Shown in pieces: positions 41,876 through 55,330 of a DNA stretch of 64,000 bases. The stretch covers positions 2,356,001 through 2,420,000 of the forward strand of contig NC_043023.1 of the NCBI RefSeq assembly GCF_006345805.1. Direction: 5' to 3'. The stretch comes from Octopus sinensis (Eukaryota). Position numbers and translations under genes: made by a program. Position 1 is the first letter of the stretch. Every line of letters starts with the position of its first letter. The notes beneath the pieces were generated by a model, which worked only from the letters and a program-made list of their open reading frames with translations, made no database searches and was not told the DNA's origin.

Positions 41876-44127
41876 CATACACACACACACTTACATACAT
41901 ATATACATACACACACACACACATACATATATACATACACACACACACATATATATATATGTATATAACATATATATATATATGCACACACACACACACA
42001 ACCATACACACGTGTATATGGACAAATGCACACATACACATGCATATAGATATACATATACATGCGTATAAAATATACACCCACACACCTCTACACGCAG
42101 AAATATCTGCAGAACTATGCACAATAATCCAATATCAATCGGATAAAAGTCTAAAAAAATAATAGAGTTTAATAACCAATCAATCACAATTTAGCGATAT
42201 TGTATAGCAATACTTTACAATGTGGTTTATATATTTATGAAAACATTAGAAATATAATATTTTGTGGATTTTTAAAACTCTTTCTATTGTATCGAGTTAA
42301 TGTTTATTAATCAGAAAACTCATATTGTTGTTGGGTCTTTTTTCTGGTAAAAGGAACTGGAGTTTGTACGATAACATAGTGTATATGTGTGTATACATAT
42401 GTTTGTCTGTTTGTGTTTGTGTGCATTTGTTGGTGTTGTATTGTTATACATATGTATCTGTGTATGCATTTTTATATAGTTATATATGTGTATATATGTA
42501 TTGATTTATATATATATATATATTATATACATACAAATGCAAACACAGACACACGTATACTTATATATATATATATATATTATATATATATATATAATAT
42601 ATATATATATAAATATATAAATATATCGTCATATACATATGTATATTATATATAATATATATTTATGTGTGAGTGTATATATATATATATATAATATGAT
42701 GTATGATGATGATGATAATATCTATGTATACATTAACAATACATAAATCTATATATATATATATATATTATATACATATATATGATGATATATTTATATA
42801 TATATATATATATATATAAAGATATATGTGTGTCTGTGTTTGTGCTTGTATGTATATATGTATATATGTGTGTGTTTGTATACATATATATGCATGTATT
42901 CATATATATGTCTATGCATATATGTGTTTGCATGCATATAGTATATACCTCGTTGAGGGTGTTTACTTGTACACATATATATGTATGATCATAAATACAT
43001 GCATCCATACATGTGTGTGTGCGTGTGTGTGTGTGTGTTATAATATATTGATGCTTTGCTTGTTGCACATGCTCACAAACACACAGACAGACACACACAC
43101 ACACACATATAGGGGGGTTATTGATAGTGTATTGTTTGGTGAGCACGCAACACATATGTTTCGATAAGTGCAGCGATGGTGTTTGTTGTTGTTGTTATGC
43201 AGGGTGGGAGGCATGGGGGAGTGGGGGGGGCGAACTACCTGTTGTTGTTGTTGTTGTTGCTGTTGTTTGTGTTATTCCGAATTTCATTCCATTGTTTCAG
43301 GTTTGGAAAAATCAAAACTTTTGAAGAATTAAGTTGCTGGCATCACCATTGTTGTTGTTGTTGTTGTTGGTGGTGGTGGTTAGAGGAGGAGGAGGGGAAG
43401 GAGGAAGGGGAATAACCGTAGGAGGAGATTTAGGATGATGGTGACGGTTGCGGTGGTGATGGTGATGGTGTTGGTGGCAGGAGTGGTGGTGGTCGTGGTT
43501 GAGAAGCGGCTTTTGCAGTCACTGCTCATTCTCTTGCTGATCATGATGATAATGATGATGGTAGTGATGATGATGATTATGAGGATTGTAATGGTGATCG
43601 CAGTGGTTGTCATGGTGATGATAATGGAGGTGGTGGTAGTGTGGGGTGGCGATGGGGGGTGGCGGTGCGGGGGTGGCAGTACGGGGGTGGCGATTATGCT
43701 CTTTGTCATGGACCTGCTACAGCATCTTCTACTGATGATGGTGTTGATGATGGTAATAACAATGGTGGCGATGATGATGATGATGATGACGACGATGATG
43801 ATAATGATGATAATGATAATGACAATGATGGTGGTGGTGATGATTGTGTTGATGACAACGATGATGATGATTATTTTTGATGATGATGATGATGATGGTG
43901 ATAACAGTGGTGGCGATGATGCTGATGATGATGATGACTGTGACGATGGTGCTGCTGCTGCTGATAACAATGATGATGACGATAATGATGGTAGTGGTGA
44001 TGATTGTGTTGATGACGATGATGATGATTATTATGTTGATGATGATGATGATGGTGGTGGTGACTCAGCTCAGTAAAACAAGTGAAGTTTCAACACTTAA
44101 ACAGCCAGTGTCTGTAACATTCATAAC

Positions 44128-44180
<53 letters not shown>

Positions 44181-44445
44181 CCACCATCATCACCACCATC
44201 ATCACCACCGTCCCCATCATCTGCTCCACTTCCATCATCATCATCATCACCATTATCACTACCATCTTCACCACCACCATCCGCATCCCCATCATCTGCT
44301 CCACTTCCATCATCATCATCATCATCATCACCACCATCATCACCACCACCATCCGCATCCCCATCATCTGCACCACTTCCACCACCTTCCTCATTGTTAT
44401 CACCATCATCATCAACATCAACATTGTCATCACCTTCACCAACAC

Positions 44446-44477
<32 letters not shown>

Positions 44478-44480
44478 AGG
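41540..44480. repeat. Microsatellite mosaic: (CA)n, (TA)n, (GTT)n, (GAT)n, then an inverted (CAT)n block
   Basis: Direct inspection. Confidence 0.9.
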
Positions 44481-44784
44481 CAATGCCCAAGCTCAGCTGC
44501 AGGCTAATAACTAAAAACAATTAAAAGATAAAAGATGTGTGTGTGTGTGGCTATGTTAATTTATGCAGATGGATCAAACTCTCACTTTGTTATGTTGATG
44601 AAGGATTCTCTAATACAAAATATCAAAATGCAAGCTAAATGAAATACATAGAATCCATTGTTCTAAATTTGTTATTGATTTGCAACTGTTTACGATCTAC
44701 CTCTAACCTTGCATTGTAGTGGATTTATAAGAAGAGAACTGCACATGTACATACAGATAATATATATATATATATATATATATA

Positions 44785-45152
44785 TACTAAGCAATAAGGG
44801 TTTAGCAACGAGTTGCCTTACCACATACCGAATTTAGAAATAGCAGTCAAAGGGTTATAGCTATTTCTTTACTAAAAAGGGAGATCTCAGTAAAAACAGC
44901 ATTTGGAAGGCAGACACAAACAGGTACGAGAGAATGAATTGACTGCAATCTATCATACATTTTTTAGTTTACTAAAAAAATGTATGATAGATTGCAGTCA
45001 ATTCATTCTCTCTTACCTGTTTGTGTCTGCCTTCCAATGCTGTTTTACTGAGATCTCCTTTTTAGTAGAAGAAATAGCTATAACCCTTTGACTGCTATTT
45101 CTAAATTCGGTATGTGGTAAGGCAACTCGTTGCTAAACCCTTATGCTTAGTA
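44785..45152. repeat. 368-bp near-perfect palindrome
   Basis: The arms mirror around TTTTTTAGT-tt-ACTAAAAAA at 44969-44970. Confidence 0.9.
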
Positions 45153-45263
45153 TTACTTAAATTTTCCTCGAATGAGGCTTTTACATGCCGAAGACTACTT
45201 GGTGTAATTGATAATTTTTCCAAATTTAATTTCACCCTTCATTATTACGGATAACTATATATA

Positions 45264-45300
<37 letters not shown>

Positions 45301-45301
<1 letters not shown>

Positions 45302-45531
45302 GCAGCGAGCTGGCAGAAACGTTAGCGTGCCGGGCGAAATGTTTAGCAGTATTTCGTGTGTCGTTACGTTCTGAGTTCAAATTCCGCCGAGGTTGACTTT
45401 GCCTTTCATCCATTCGGGGTCGATAAATAAAGTACCAGTTTCGCACTGGGGTCGATGTAATCGACTTAACCCCTTTGTCTGTCCTTGTTTGTCCCCCTCT
45501 GTGTTTAGCTCCTTGTGGGCAATAAAGAAAT
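45301..45531 (+). mobile_element. SINE family B, full length
   Basis: GGCAGCGAGCTGGCAGAAACG...GAGTTCAAATTCC...AATAAAGAAAT. Confidence 0.9.
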
Positions 45532-45633
45532 ATATATATATATATATGCTTTATCGATAAAGCATATTACTCTACCTCTGGTATTTGAGTACTATTTTTT
45601 CCACCTTGTTTCACATTTATGTGCTTACTCTGG

Positions 45634-45664
<31 letters not shown>

Positions 45665-45693
45665 CCAGAGTAAACGATGATGATGATGATATA

Positions 45694-45724
<31 letters not shown>

Positions 45725-46062
45725 CCAGAGTAAATGATGATGATGATGATATATAATATATATATATATATATACCAGAGTAAACGATGATGATGATGAT
45801 ATATATATAATATATATATATATATATAATACCAGAGTAAACGATGATGATGATGATATAATATATATATATATATATAATATATACCAGAGTAAACGAT
45901 GATGATGATGATGATATATATTATATATATATATATCAGAGTAAACGATGATGATGATGATATATATCTATATATATATATACCAGAGTAAACGATGATG
46001 ATGATGATATAGATATATATATATATATATATATATACCAGAGTAAATGATGATGATGATGA

Positions 46063-46098
<36 letters not shown>
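45665..46098 (+). repeat. Minisatellite of 8 units, CCAGAGTAAAC(GAT)n(TA)n
   Basis: Units start at 45665, 45725, 45775, 45832, 45887, 45937, 45983 and 46038. Confidence 0.9.
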
Positions 46099-46100
<2 letters not shown>

Positions 46101-46742
46101 TCATCTTCATCGTTTAGCGTCCGCTTTCCATGCTAGCATGGGTTGGATGGTTCTACTGGGGTCTGGGAAGCCGGAAGGCTGCACCAGGCCCAGTCTGATC
46201 TGGCAATGTTTCAACGGCTGGATGCCCTTCCTAACGCCAACCACTCCGTGAGTGTAGTGGGTGCTTTTTACATGCCACCACCACAGGTACCAGACGGGGC
46301 TGGCAAACGGCCACGGTCGGATGGTGCTATTTATGTGCCACCGGCATGGGGGCCAGACGAGGCTGCCAACAGCCACGATCAGATGGTGCTTTTTAGTTAT
46401 TTATTTACGTATATATATATATCTATGTGTGTATATGGCTGTTTCCTGCACCAGCTTCACATAGCAGGCCCAGCCCATCCAATGTACCTTGGATCGCAGG
46501 ATGGCCTGCTGTGCTTACCTTGGATCGTAGGGTGACCTGCTGTGCTTGAGGAGACCTATTGAGTCAAGTACATCAACATCAAAAAATCAAATGGAAATTG
46601 TAGTTGTGATACCTGTGCCAGTGGCACGTAAAAAGCACCATCCGAACGTGGCCGATGCCAGCGCCGCCTTGACTGGCTTCTGTGCCGGTGGCATGTAAAA
46701 AGCACCAACCGATCATGGCTGTTGCCAGCCCCCCTGGCACCT

Positions 46743-47230
46743 TCTCATCAGTTGTATTATTATTCAAGGTTGCAGTAATATCTGTCTCATAAATGATAGA
46801 GTTAGTCATAGATCATGGGTCAAGTGGACAGGATCCTGGGTTGTGACAGCTACAACTGGTATTTAGGCTCTTGGTATTGACCACGTGTAATGATACTCTT
46901 CATACTGGGACAGCAGCTACAGGATAATCTCACAGAATGCCGATTAAATATTTTCCTGTGTCTGTGAGCGGCTGGAAAGTATTTGTCTAGGAGAGAGAGG
47001 AACCATTTACCAAAGTTAGTTTTTATATTTAGGGAAAAGACAGGGGTAAACCAGAAAAAAGAAGGAGGGGGAGAATTAGAGTTGTGTCACCTTTGATCAT
47101 AAAGTCATAAAGCTGAGGGGATAGTGTCCTAGAATTAGGGATAGTGTACAGGTGCTTAATCTGGAGAAGGTAGTATTTTCCAGTTTGCCAACAGAAACTT
47201 ATCTATATGTTTACAACCTTTGAAAATTTC
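46743..47230 (-). mobile_element. Penelope-like element ORF fragment (RT thumb to GIY-YIG linker), decayed
   Basis: WFTPVFSLNIKTNFGKWFLSLLDKYFPAAHRHRKIFNRHSVRLSCSCCPSMKSII and C-x-C-x4-CPLD...IIYETDIT match the PLE pattern WFNPP..N.KT.IGK...FNR..VK.SYSC. Confidence 0.8.
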
Positions 47231-47701
47231 AGATCTGGAATTCAGCAAAGTGGTAGAGTTCCTAGATGTGTGTGTGTGTGTGTGTTTATACACAAACACA
47301 CACATGTACATATCATGTTAGGTAATTAGTTGCACATCTTACCTGTGAGGTACATGTGCAAGAATAAGTCAACGTATTTGCAGTGGTTTTGAATAAAGGA
47401 TCTCATTAATTCTTTTTTCTGTCTCTCATCCATTTATACATACATACACACATACACACTCGCACGTATATGTATATGTATACATACAGATGTATGTGCA
47501 TGTATTATATATATATGTGTGTGTGTGTGTATGAGCATATATATGTTTGTGTATATGTTTATATATATATGTGTGTGTATTCACGTACATATACATACAC
47601 ACTTACATGTATCTATTACTCATATTTATGTACACTTATTCACGTACATGTATATACACACATATATACATACACATAGACATACATATGTCTATTACAC
47701 A

Positions 47702-48687
47702 TTAACCCTTTCATTTCTAACCCGGCTGAAACTGGCTCTGGATCTGTAGTACAAATGTCTTGCTTTCAAAAGTTCAGAATTATAATCTTACCCCAAACCT
47801 TAGTCACAATTTATGTTCCTAACACTAGCTTAATGATAACTAAGTTATTTTACTAAATTCTTTGTATATTTAACCCTTTTGATACCAACCTGGCTGAAAC
47901 CACCTCTGGCTCTGTAATACAAATGTCTTGTTTTCATAAGTTTTGAATTAAAATCTTCCACCAAACCTTAGTCACAATTTATGTTCCTAACACTAGCTTA
48001 ATGATAACTAAGTTATTTTACTAAATTCTTTGTTATATTTAAAATATTTCTTTCTTTACCTATTTATTTCTTTATTGCCCACAAGGGGCTAAACATAGAG
48101 GGGACAAACAAGGACAGACAAAGAGATTAAGTCGGTTACATCGACCCCAGTGCGAAACTAGTACTTTATTTATCGACCCCGAAAGGATGAAAGGTAAAGT
48201 CGACCTCGGTGGAATTTGAACTCAGAACATAGCGACAGACAAAATACTGCTGAGCATTTCGCCCGGCGTGCTAATGTTTCTGCCAGCTCACCGCCTTCTA
48301 CTATAACCTCACACTGATGAAAGCCTTGTGAGTGGATTTGGTTTAGTGAAACTAAAAGAAGCCTGTTGTGTATATATATATATATATATTCCCTTCCATA
48401 TCAGCTAACTCTGACGAGTGTAAGGTTATATGATTGGATTATTACCAAACTTTCTATTGTATTCCTTGTGTGAAACCAATTGGTAAGATCAGCTATCATC
48501 ATCATTGTTTAACATCCGTTTTCCATGATGGCATATGGGGAAACCAGGAGACTGCACCAGACTTGAACTCAGAACGTAGCAACAGACAAAATACTGCTGA
48601 GAATTTCGCCCGGCGTGCTAATGTTTCTGCCAGCTCACGAGAGAAAAACAGAGAATCTCAATATAAATACAGAAATGAAAGGGTTAA
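47702..48687 (+). mobile_element. piggyBac-like MITE (TTAA|CCCTTTCATTTCT...AGAAATGAAAGGG|TTAA) with duplicated left end and nested repeats
   Basis: Perfect 13-bp TIR, TTAA on both sides, and a second left-end copy at ~47871. Confidence 0.75.
48404..48493 (+). ncRNA. Type I hammerhead candidate, canonical core, long helix II
   Basis: AACU-CUGACGA-GUGUAAGG...CCUUGUGU-GAAA-CCAAUUGGU-A/AGAU. A decayed paralogue lies at 58568-58650. Confidence 0.6.
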
Positions 48688-49056
48688 CTCACAGATACAT
48701 CACACTGAGTGATGAAAGATTAATCTATCAATCTCTCATCGGATATTCCATTGGAAAGCAGTTAAAAATCTCCACAGTTCACCGCTTTACCAAACCATTG
48801 AACTGCTAACTTCACACAACCATATATATATCGCTGTTGTTGTTACCATTATTGTTATCGTTCCACCATTTCTGTTGCTGTTGTTGTTGTTACTCTCGTG
48901 GTTCTTACTTCTTCTGGTGTTGTTGTTGTTATTCCAGTCATTGCTTTTTGTTGTTGTTATGGAGTTGTTGTTGTTTGTTGTTTTAGATTAGATCAATTCA
49001 CCTCTTTGTTTTTCATATTACATCTTCATTATTATTGCTTGTTTTTATACCCTCTT

Positions 49057-49428
49057 TTTTACTCTTTTACTCTTTTACTTGTTTCAGTCATTTGACTGCG
49101 GCCATGCTGGAGCACCGCCTTTAGTCAAGGACTTATTCTTTGTAAGCCTAGTACTTATTCTATTGGTTCTTTTGCCAAACTGCTAAGTTACAAGGATGCA
49201 AACACACCAGCATCGGTTGTCAAGCGATGTTGGGGGGACATACACAGACACACAAACACATACATATATACGATGGGCTTCTTTCAGTTTCCATCTACCA
49301 AATTCACTCACAAGGCTTTGGTCGGCCCGAGGCTATAGTAGAAGATACTTGTCCAAAGTGCCATGCAGTGGGACTGAACCTAGAACCATGTGGTTGGTAA
49401 GCAAGCTACTTACCACACAGTCACTCCT
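49057..49428 (-). mobile_element. SINE family A
   Basis: Reverse complement of the consensus. Confidence 0.85.
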
Positions 49429-49479
49429 CACCAGGATGGAATTTGGCCTAGATAAATGTGCAAAAGCCGTTTGCTTTGT

Positions 49480-50160
49480 ATTAGTACAAGTTGACTGCAT
49501 GTCTCACCAAGAGACCTCAGGAGACAACAAGTTAGAAGTTCATGTTGGTGTTATGACGCGGGTGCCATATATTTGGTTTTACACGAAGTATTGTTTTAGA
49601 GAACATCTGTGAAAATGTAAGAAAAGTAGAAGTTTGTTCTAAAAGTAATTTGATTATAAGATGATTGTGTGATGTTGAAATGACAGCAAAAGGTGTTTGC
49701 TATTAAGTACACTAAAAAGTATTTTGACACTGTTTACAGATTTAAATGTTTCTGGAATTACATAGATAAAATTTTTCGTAGGATATGAGCAGTTCCCAAG
49801 AGCACTATGTTTTGAATTTCTTCCATATTTGGATTTCCTGGTATCTGAAACAGGGAACATTCAGCTCCTTTTGGTATCATCCCTAAGGCACCTATGACAA
49901 CTGGAATTGTTTTAGTCTTGAGGTTCCACAATTTGTCAATTTCTATTTCAGGGTCTTTATATTTCCTCAGTTTTTGCTATGTCTTGACAATATTTATGTC
50001 TGTTGGACTAGTGATATCGATGTGGAGGCATGATTTTTGTCTGAAATCCTTCATTATAATGTCTGGCCTATTTGCATCTATCTTTCTGTCAGTTTGAACA
50101 GTAAAGTTCCAAAGACGTGAGATGTGATCATTTTCAAGTCGTGGATGTGGTTTGTGTTCT
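49480..50160 (-). mobile_element. R4/Dong-like RLE retrotransposon 3' end
   Basis: WNFTVQTDRKIDANRPDII...HIDITSP...KLRKYKD...IPVVIGALG...LLGTAHILRK, with a stop. Confidence 0.85.
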
Positions 50161-50589
50161 GAGTTCAAATTTCACTGAGGTCAACTTTGCCCTTCATCCT
50201 TTCGGAGTTGATGAAATAAGTACCAGTCAAACACTAGGCACATGCACCAAAACAACATCATGATCTCATGTCAAGATACACAGTGCATGACCTTGCAGGT
50301 GGGGCCCAGTTAGAATTTTCTTCTGGTTGAGTAACCCATCCTGTTCAAAGGGTCCCTGAATAAGGATTGTTTAAGGATGTTGAACGAAACACCCACGTTT
50401 CCAGAGGTGAATTATTCAAACCCCAAAGAATCCCTCTCAACACATGGCTATGATGTTCCCTCTCTACTTCTGCTCCTGATCAGAGATGCACATATCGTCA
50501 GCCACAAAGGGACATGCTCAACTGGTTACGGTCAAACAACTGACAAGCAAATCTGTGGTATTGAGCAGAATATTTGCTGTAGCCCATCT

Positions 50590-50870
50590 TAGAGGTTCCC
50601 AAAATTTTTTGGGCTGGCTGCAGACCCCTTGACACCCAGGCCACATTCCTTGCACACCCACCCCAATCAACCATCACAAACATAGACCCATTTCTGAAGC
50701 AAATTCAAAGCAACTGTATTTCACAAATAAAACTTAACCTAACAAACCCATTATGTTGTTGATTTTACATAAATTGCCACTCCATTATCACCCCAACTTT
50801 TACATGACTCACTACCCCATAATCGCCCCACTTTTCAGGGGGGGAATATTGTCCTCTTTGAGAACCACTC
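50590..50870 (+). mobile_element. hAT-like MITE inserted into a family G repeat
   Basis: Ends AGAGGTTCCCAAA / TTTGAGAACCACT. Family G resumes after it. A similar right end lies at ~18080. The TSD is not resolved. Confidence 0.45.
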
Positions 50871-51017
50871 TTTTATGCCAACACAAAACAATGTACATGA
50901 TAACACTTCCAATCAGTTAAGATCAGAAGCCACGAGAGCCACTTCTTGGTACTGCATCAGGGAATTCATCATCATCATCATCATCATCATCATTATCATC
51001 ATCATCACCATCATCAT

Positions 51018-51071
<54 letters not shown>

Positions 51072-51479
51072 TATTATTATTATTATTATTGTTATTATTA
51101 AGGCAGCAAGTGAGCAGAATGGTTAGTATGCCAGACGAAATACTTAGTTGCAATTCAGCTGTCTTTACATTCTGAGTTCAAATCCTACTGAAGCTTGTCA
51201 TTGCCTTTCACCCTTTCATGGTTGATAAAATAAATACAAGTTGAGCACTGGAGTCAATCAAATTGATTAGACCCTCTCATCAAGATTTCAATCCTTGTGC
51301 CTATGTTAGAAAGAATGATTATTGTTTCTATACAAACCACCCATGCCCACCCTCATTTATTTCATTGTTGTTGTCGTTGCTAAGCCATTATTGTAGTTTC
51401 TATGACAATCCACCCACACCTACCCCCAGTTAAGCATTCCAACGTCTTTATGGTTTTTAAAAAATTGTTGATGCTCATT

Positions 51480-53073
51480 GTTATTTTGACTCCAACCCAC
51501 CCACTCACCCTCCTTTTAAACCTTTGTTGCTGCTATTGTCTTCACTTATTTGTTGCTGATGTATTGTTATACACATTTTGTTGTGTTGTTAAAGTATCTG
51601 TACTTTTGGTGTTGTTGTTACTATTCTTGTTGCCATGATGACTGTTGTCTATGCTTATTTGTTGCTTGTGTATTAATATACATATTTTGTTGTTGTTCAT
51701 GTATTAATGTTTCACTACTTTTGTTATCACTGTTGTTGTTCCTCCTTCAATTCTTCTTCTTCATCTTATTCTTCTTTCAGTTTGTCTTCATCCTTTCCTT
51801 CATCTTCTTCTTCCTCTCCTTCTCCTTCATCTTCTTCTCCTTCCTCTCCTTCTCCTCTTCCTTCTACTTCTTCTTCTTCTTCTTCCTCTCCTTCTTCTTC
51901 TTCTGCCTCTCCTTCTTCTTCCTCTCTTTCTTCTTCCTCTCCCTTTCCTCTTCCTTCTACTTCTTCTTCCTCTCCTTCTTATCCTTCTCCTCCTCCTCCT
52001 CCTTCCTCTTCTCCACCTTCTCCTCCTCCTCCTCCTCCTTCTTCTCCTCCTCCTTCTTCTCACTCCTCCTTCTTCTCCTTCTTCTTCTTCTTCTTCTCCT
52101 CCTCCTCCTTCTTCTCCTCTTCTCTTCCTCCTTCTTCTTCTCCTCCTCCTTCTTCTTCTCCTTCTTCTTCTTCTTCTCCTCCTCCTTCTTCTTCTCTCCT
52201 TCCTCTTCTTCTCTCGCTTCTTCTCCTTCTTCTTCTTCTTCTTCTTCTTCTTCTTCTTCTTCTTCTTCTTCTTCTCACTGTTGTTCTGTTTACTTATTTG
52301 CTGCTTATGTATTATTATCCATATTTTGTGGTGTTGTTGATGTTTCTCTAGCTTCGCTGCTGTTGCCATTGTTGCTTATTGTTGTTGTTTTTAAATATGC
52401 TGCTTATCTGCTGACGTAACATACGTTGTTCCTGTTCCTGTATGTGTCCCTGTTTTATTTGTTTTATTTATTTTGGTCTGTCTGTTGCTGCTGCCTCTGC
52501 AGTGGGTGTTGCTTTGTTGCTTCTGCAGCTGTTTCTGATGATGGTGTTTATGTGTTAAATATGATGCATATGTACATGCATACACATACACACACACATG
52601 CATTTAAACCTGTATATGTGTGTGCAATATATATGTGAGTGCATATATATATATTTCTACATATATATGTGCATGTGTATATATATATATACATATACAT
52701 TTGAAAACATATCTACATATCTATAGGTGTGTATATGTGTGTGTGTTTGTATATACATGTGGAAATATATGTATATGCATAAATGCACATATACGCACAC
52801 ACACATATATACACACACACATACACATACACACACACATATATATACACTCAGACACATATACACACACATACATATATATACACAGACACACACAATT
52901 ATATATATATACACACAGACACACATACACACACACATATATACACAGACACACATGCATATATGATATATATATATATATATACAACATACATATATAT
53001 ATGTGTGTGTATATGTATATGTGTATAAATATATATATATATAATGTATATATAATATATATTACATATGCAT

Positions 53074-53111
<38 letters not shown>

Positions 53112-53130
53112 CATATGCATATGCATATAC

Positions 53131-53176
<46 letters not shown>

Positions 53177-53288
53177 ATATGTGTGGTCTATATAATATAT
53201 TTGTTACTTCTGTATTTGTATTTACTCCTGCTGGTGTTGATTTACTTTTACTCCTATGTAATATTCTGATTTAATCCTTTTATTATTA

Positions 53289-53347
<59 letters not shown>

Positions 53348-53426
53348 TTCTTGTGTGTTTTAAAGTTGTTGTTGTTGTCGTCAGCATCGTTGTTCTGATG
53401 GCCGTCATCACCGTCGTTTTTGTCCA

Positions 53427-53458
<32 letters not shown>

Positions 53459-53788
53459 TCACAATTTAATTTAGAATATTGACTCAATTTTCGAAAAATA
53501 AATCTCAGCAAGTGATACAGAACCATGACACATTAAAACAATGGAACCACACACACACACACACACACACACATATGTACAAGTATACACACACACAGAG
53601 AGGTTCACAAATACACACACACACACAAATATACACACACACAGAGAGGTTCACAAATACACACACATAAACACACACACACACACAAATACACACACAT
53701 AAATACACACACACACAAATACACACACACACACACAGAGGTTCACAAATACATACACATAAATACACACACACAGGTTCACAAATAC

Positions 53789-53819
<31 letters not shown>

Positions 53820-54838
53820 CACAAATACACACACAGATTAATACACACACACACACACACACATACATACAGACTCATATATACACATACAGATACTCAT
53901 ACATAAACACATATACACTTGCAGTCACACATCTACATACACAGACATGCACAAAGCAACATATGCACATATACACACATATACACCCACATACATGCAC
54001 ACACGTATATGGATACATATACGACACATGCAGACATACACACATTCAGACACACATGCATGTACTTATGTATAGGCACGTACTTATACATATACACACA
54101 CTTACACAAACACACACATATGAACACATACACAGTTGCACACCCATATGCATAGATGTACACACAGTGACTGACACCCACATACATACACACGTAAACT
54201 TATATATTACACACACACACATGCACACACAGATGCATGTCTATATACACCCTCATATACACACAGATGCATGCCATATATACACACATGCATAGGCACA
54301 TTCCATATATACTCTCATATACACACAGACACACATCCATATAAACACACATATATGCACTCATACCCACACATATGCACTTTTGCATGCACACACACGT
54401 TTGTCCATATATACACACACATGTACAACCACACACACAGTTGTATATCTATATATATATTCATATACACGCACACACGCTATTCCATATATACACCCAT
54501 ATACATACATATTTAGACCCATATCTATATATAGACACATATACACACATACACCGATGCATATCCATATATACACATACATGCATACACACACACATGC
54601 ATATGCAGACTGCATACATACATATACACAGATATATATGCAGAAATATATAGCTCCATACACAAATGTGTATCCTTGTATATATACACTCATATACACA
54701 TACATACATACTCGTACACACATATTCACAGACAGACAGACACACACACACATGCAATCACATGGCCACACACACACATTGACACACACTCATACACTAG
54801 CACACATCACACACAATCACACAGCTTCACACGCACAC

Positions 54839-54878
<40 letters not shown>

Positions 54879-55330
54879 AACATGTATGCACACACACACA
54901 CGCACGCAATCACATGGCCTCACATTCACACTGACACACACTCATACACTAACACACACATACACACACATACCCTAACATATATGCACACACACACAGG
55001 CACACACACACAGGCACACACACACACGCAATCACATGGCCTCACATTCACACTGACACACGCTTATACATTAACACACACACATATACACACATGCCCT
55101 AACATGTATGCACACACACACATGCACACACACACACACGCAATGACATGGCCTCACATTCACACTGACACACACTTATACATTAACACACACATGCCCT
55201 AACATGTATGCACACACACACACATGCATTCACATAGCCTCATATTCACACTGATGCACTCATACACTAACACACACATATACACACACACCCAATCACA
55301 TGGCCTCACTTTCACACTAACACTCACATT
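51480..55330. repeat. (GTT)n, (CTT/CCT)n, (TA)n, (TTA)n and (CA)n blocks, with CA-derived minisatellites at 53520-53850 and 54750-55330
   Basis: Direct inspection. Units AGAGGTTCACAAATACAC and AATCACATGGCCTCACATTCACACTGAC. Confidence 0.9.

Noticed and set aside
45160-45215. GAATGAGGC...GCCGAAGAC hammerhead-like string
   Set aside because: Both core boxes are defective and there is no helix I or III.
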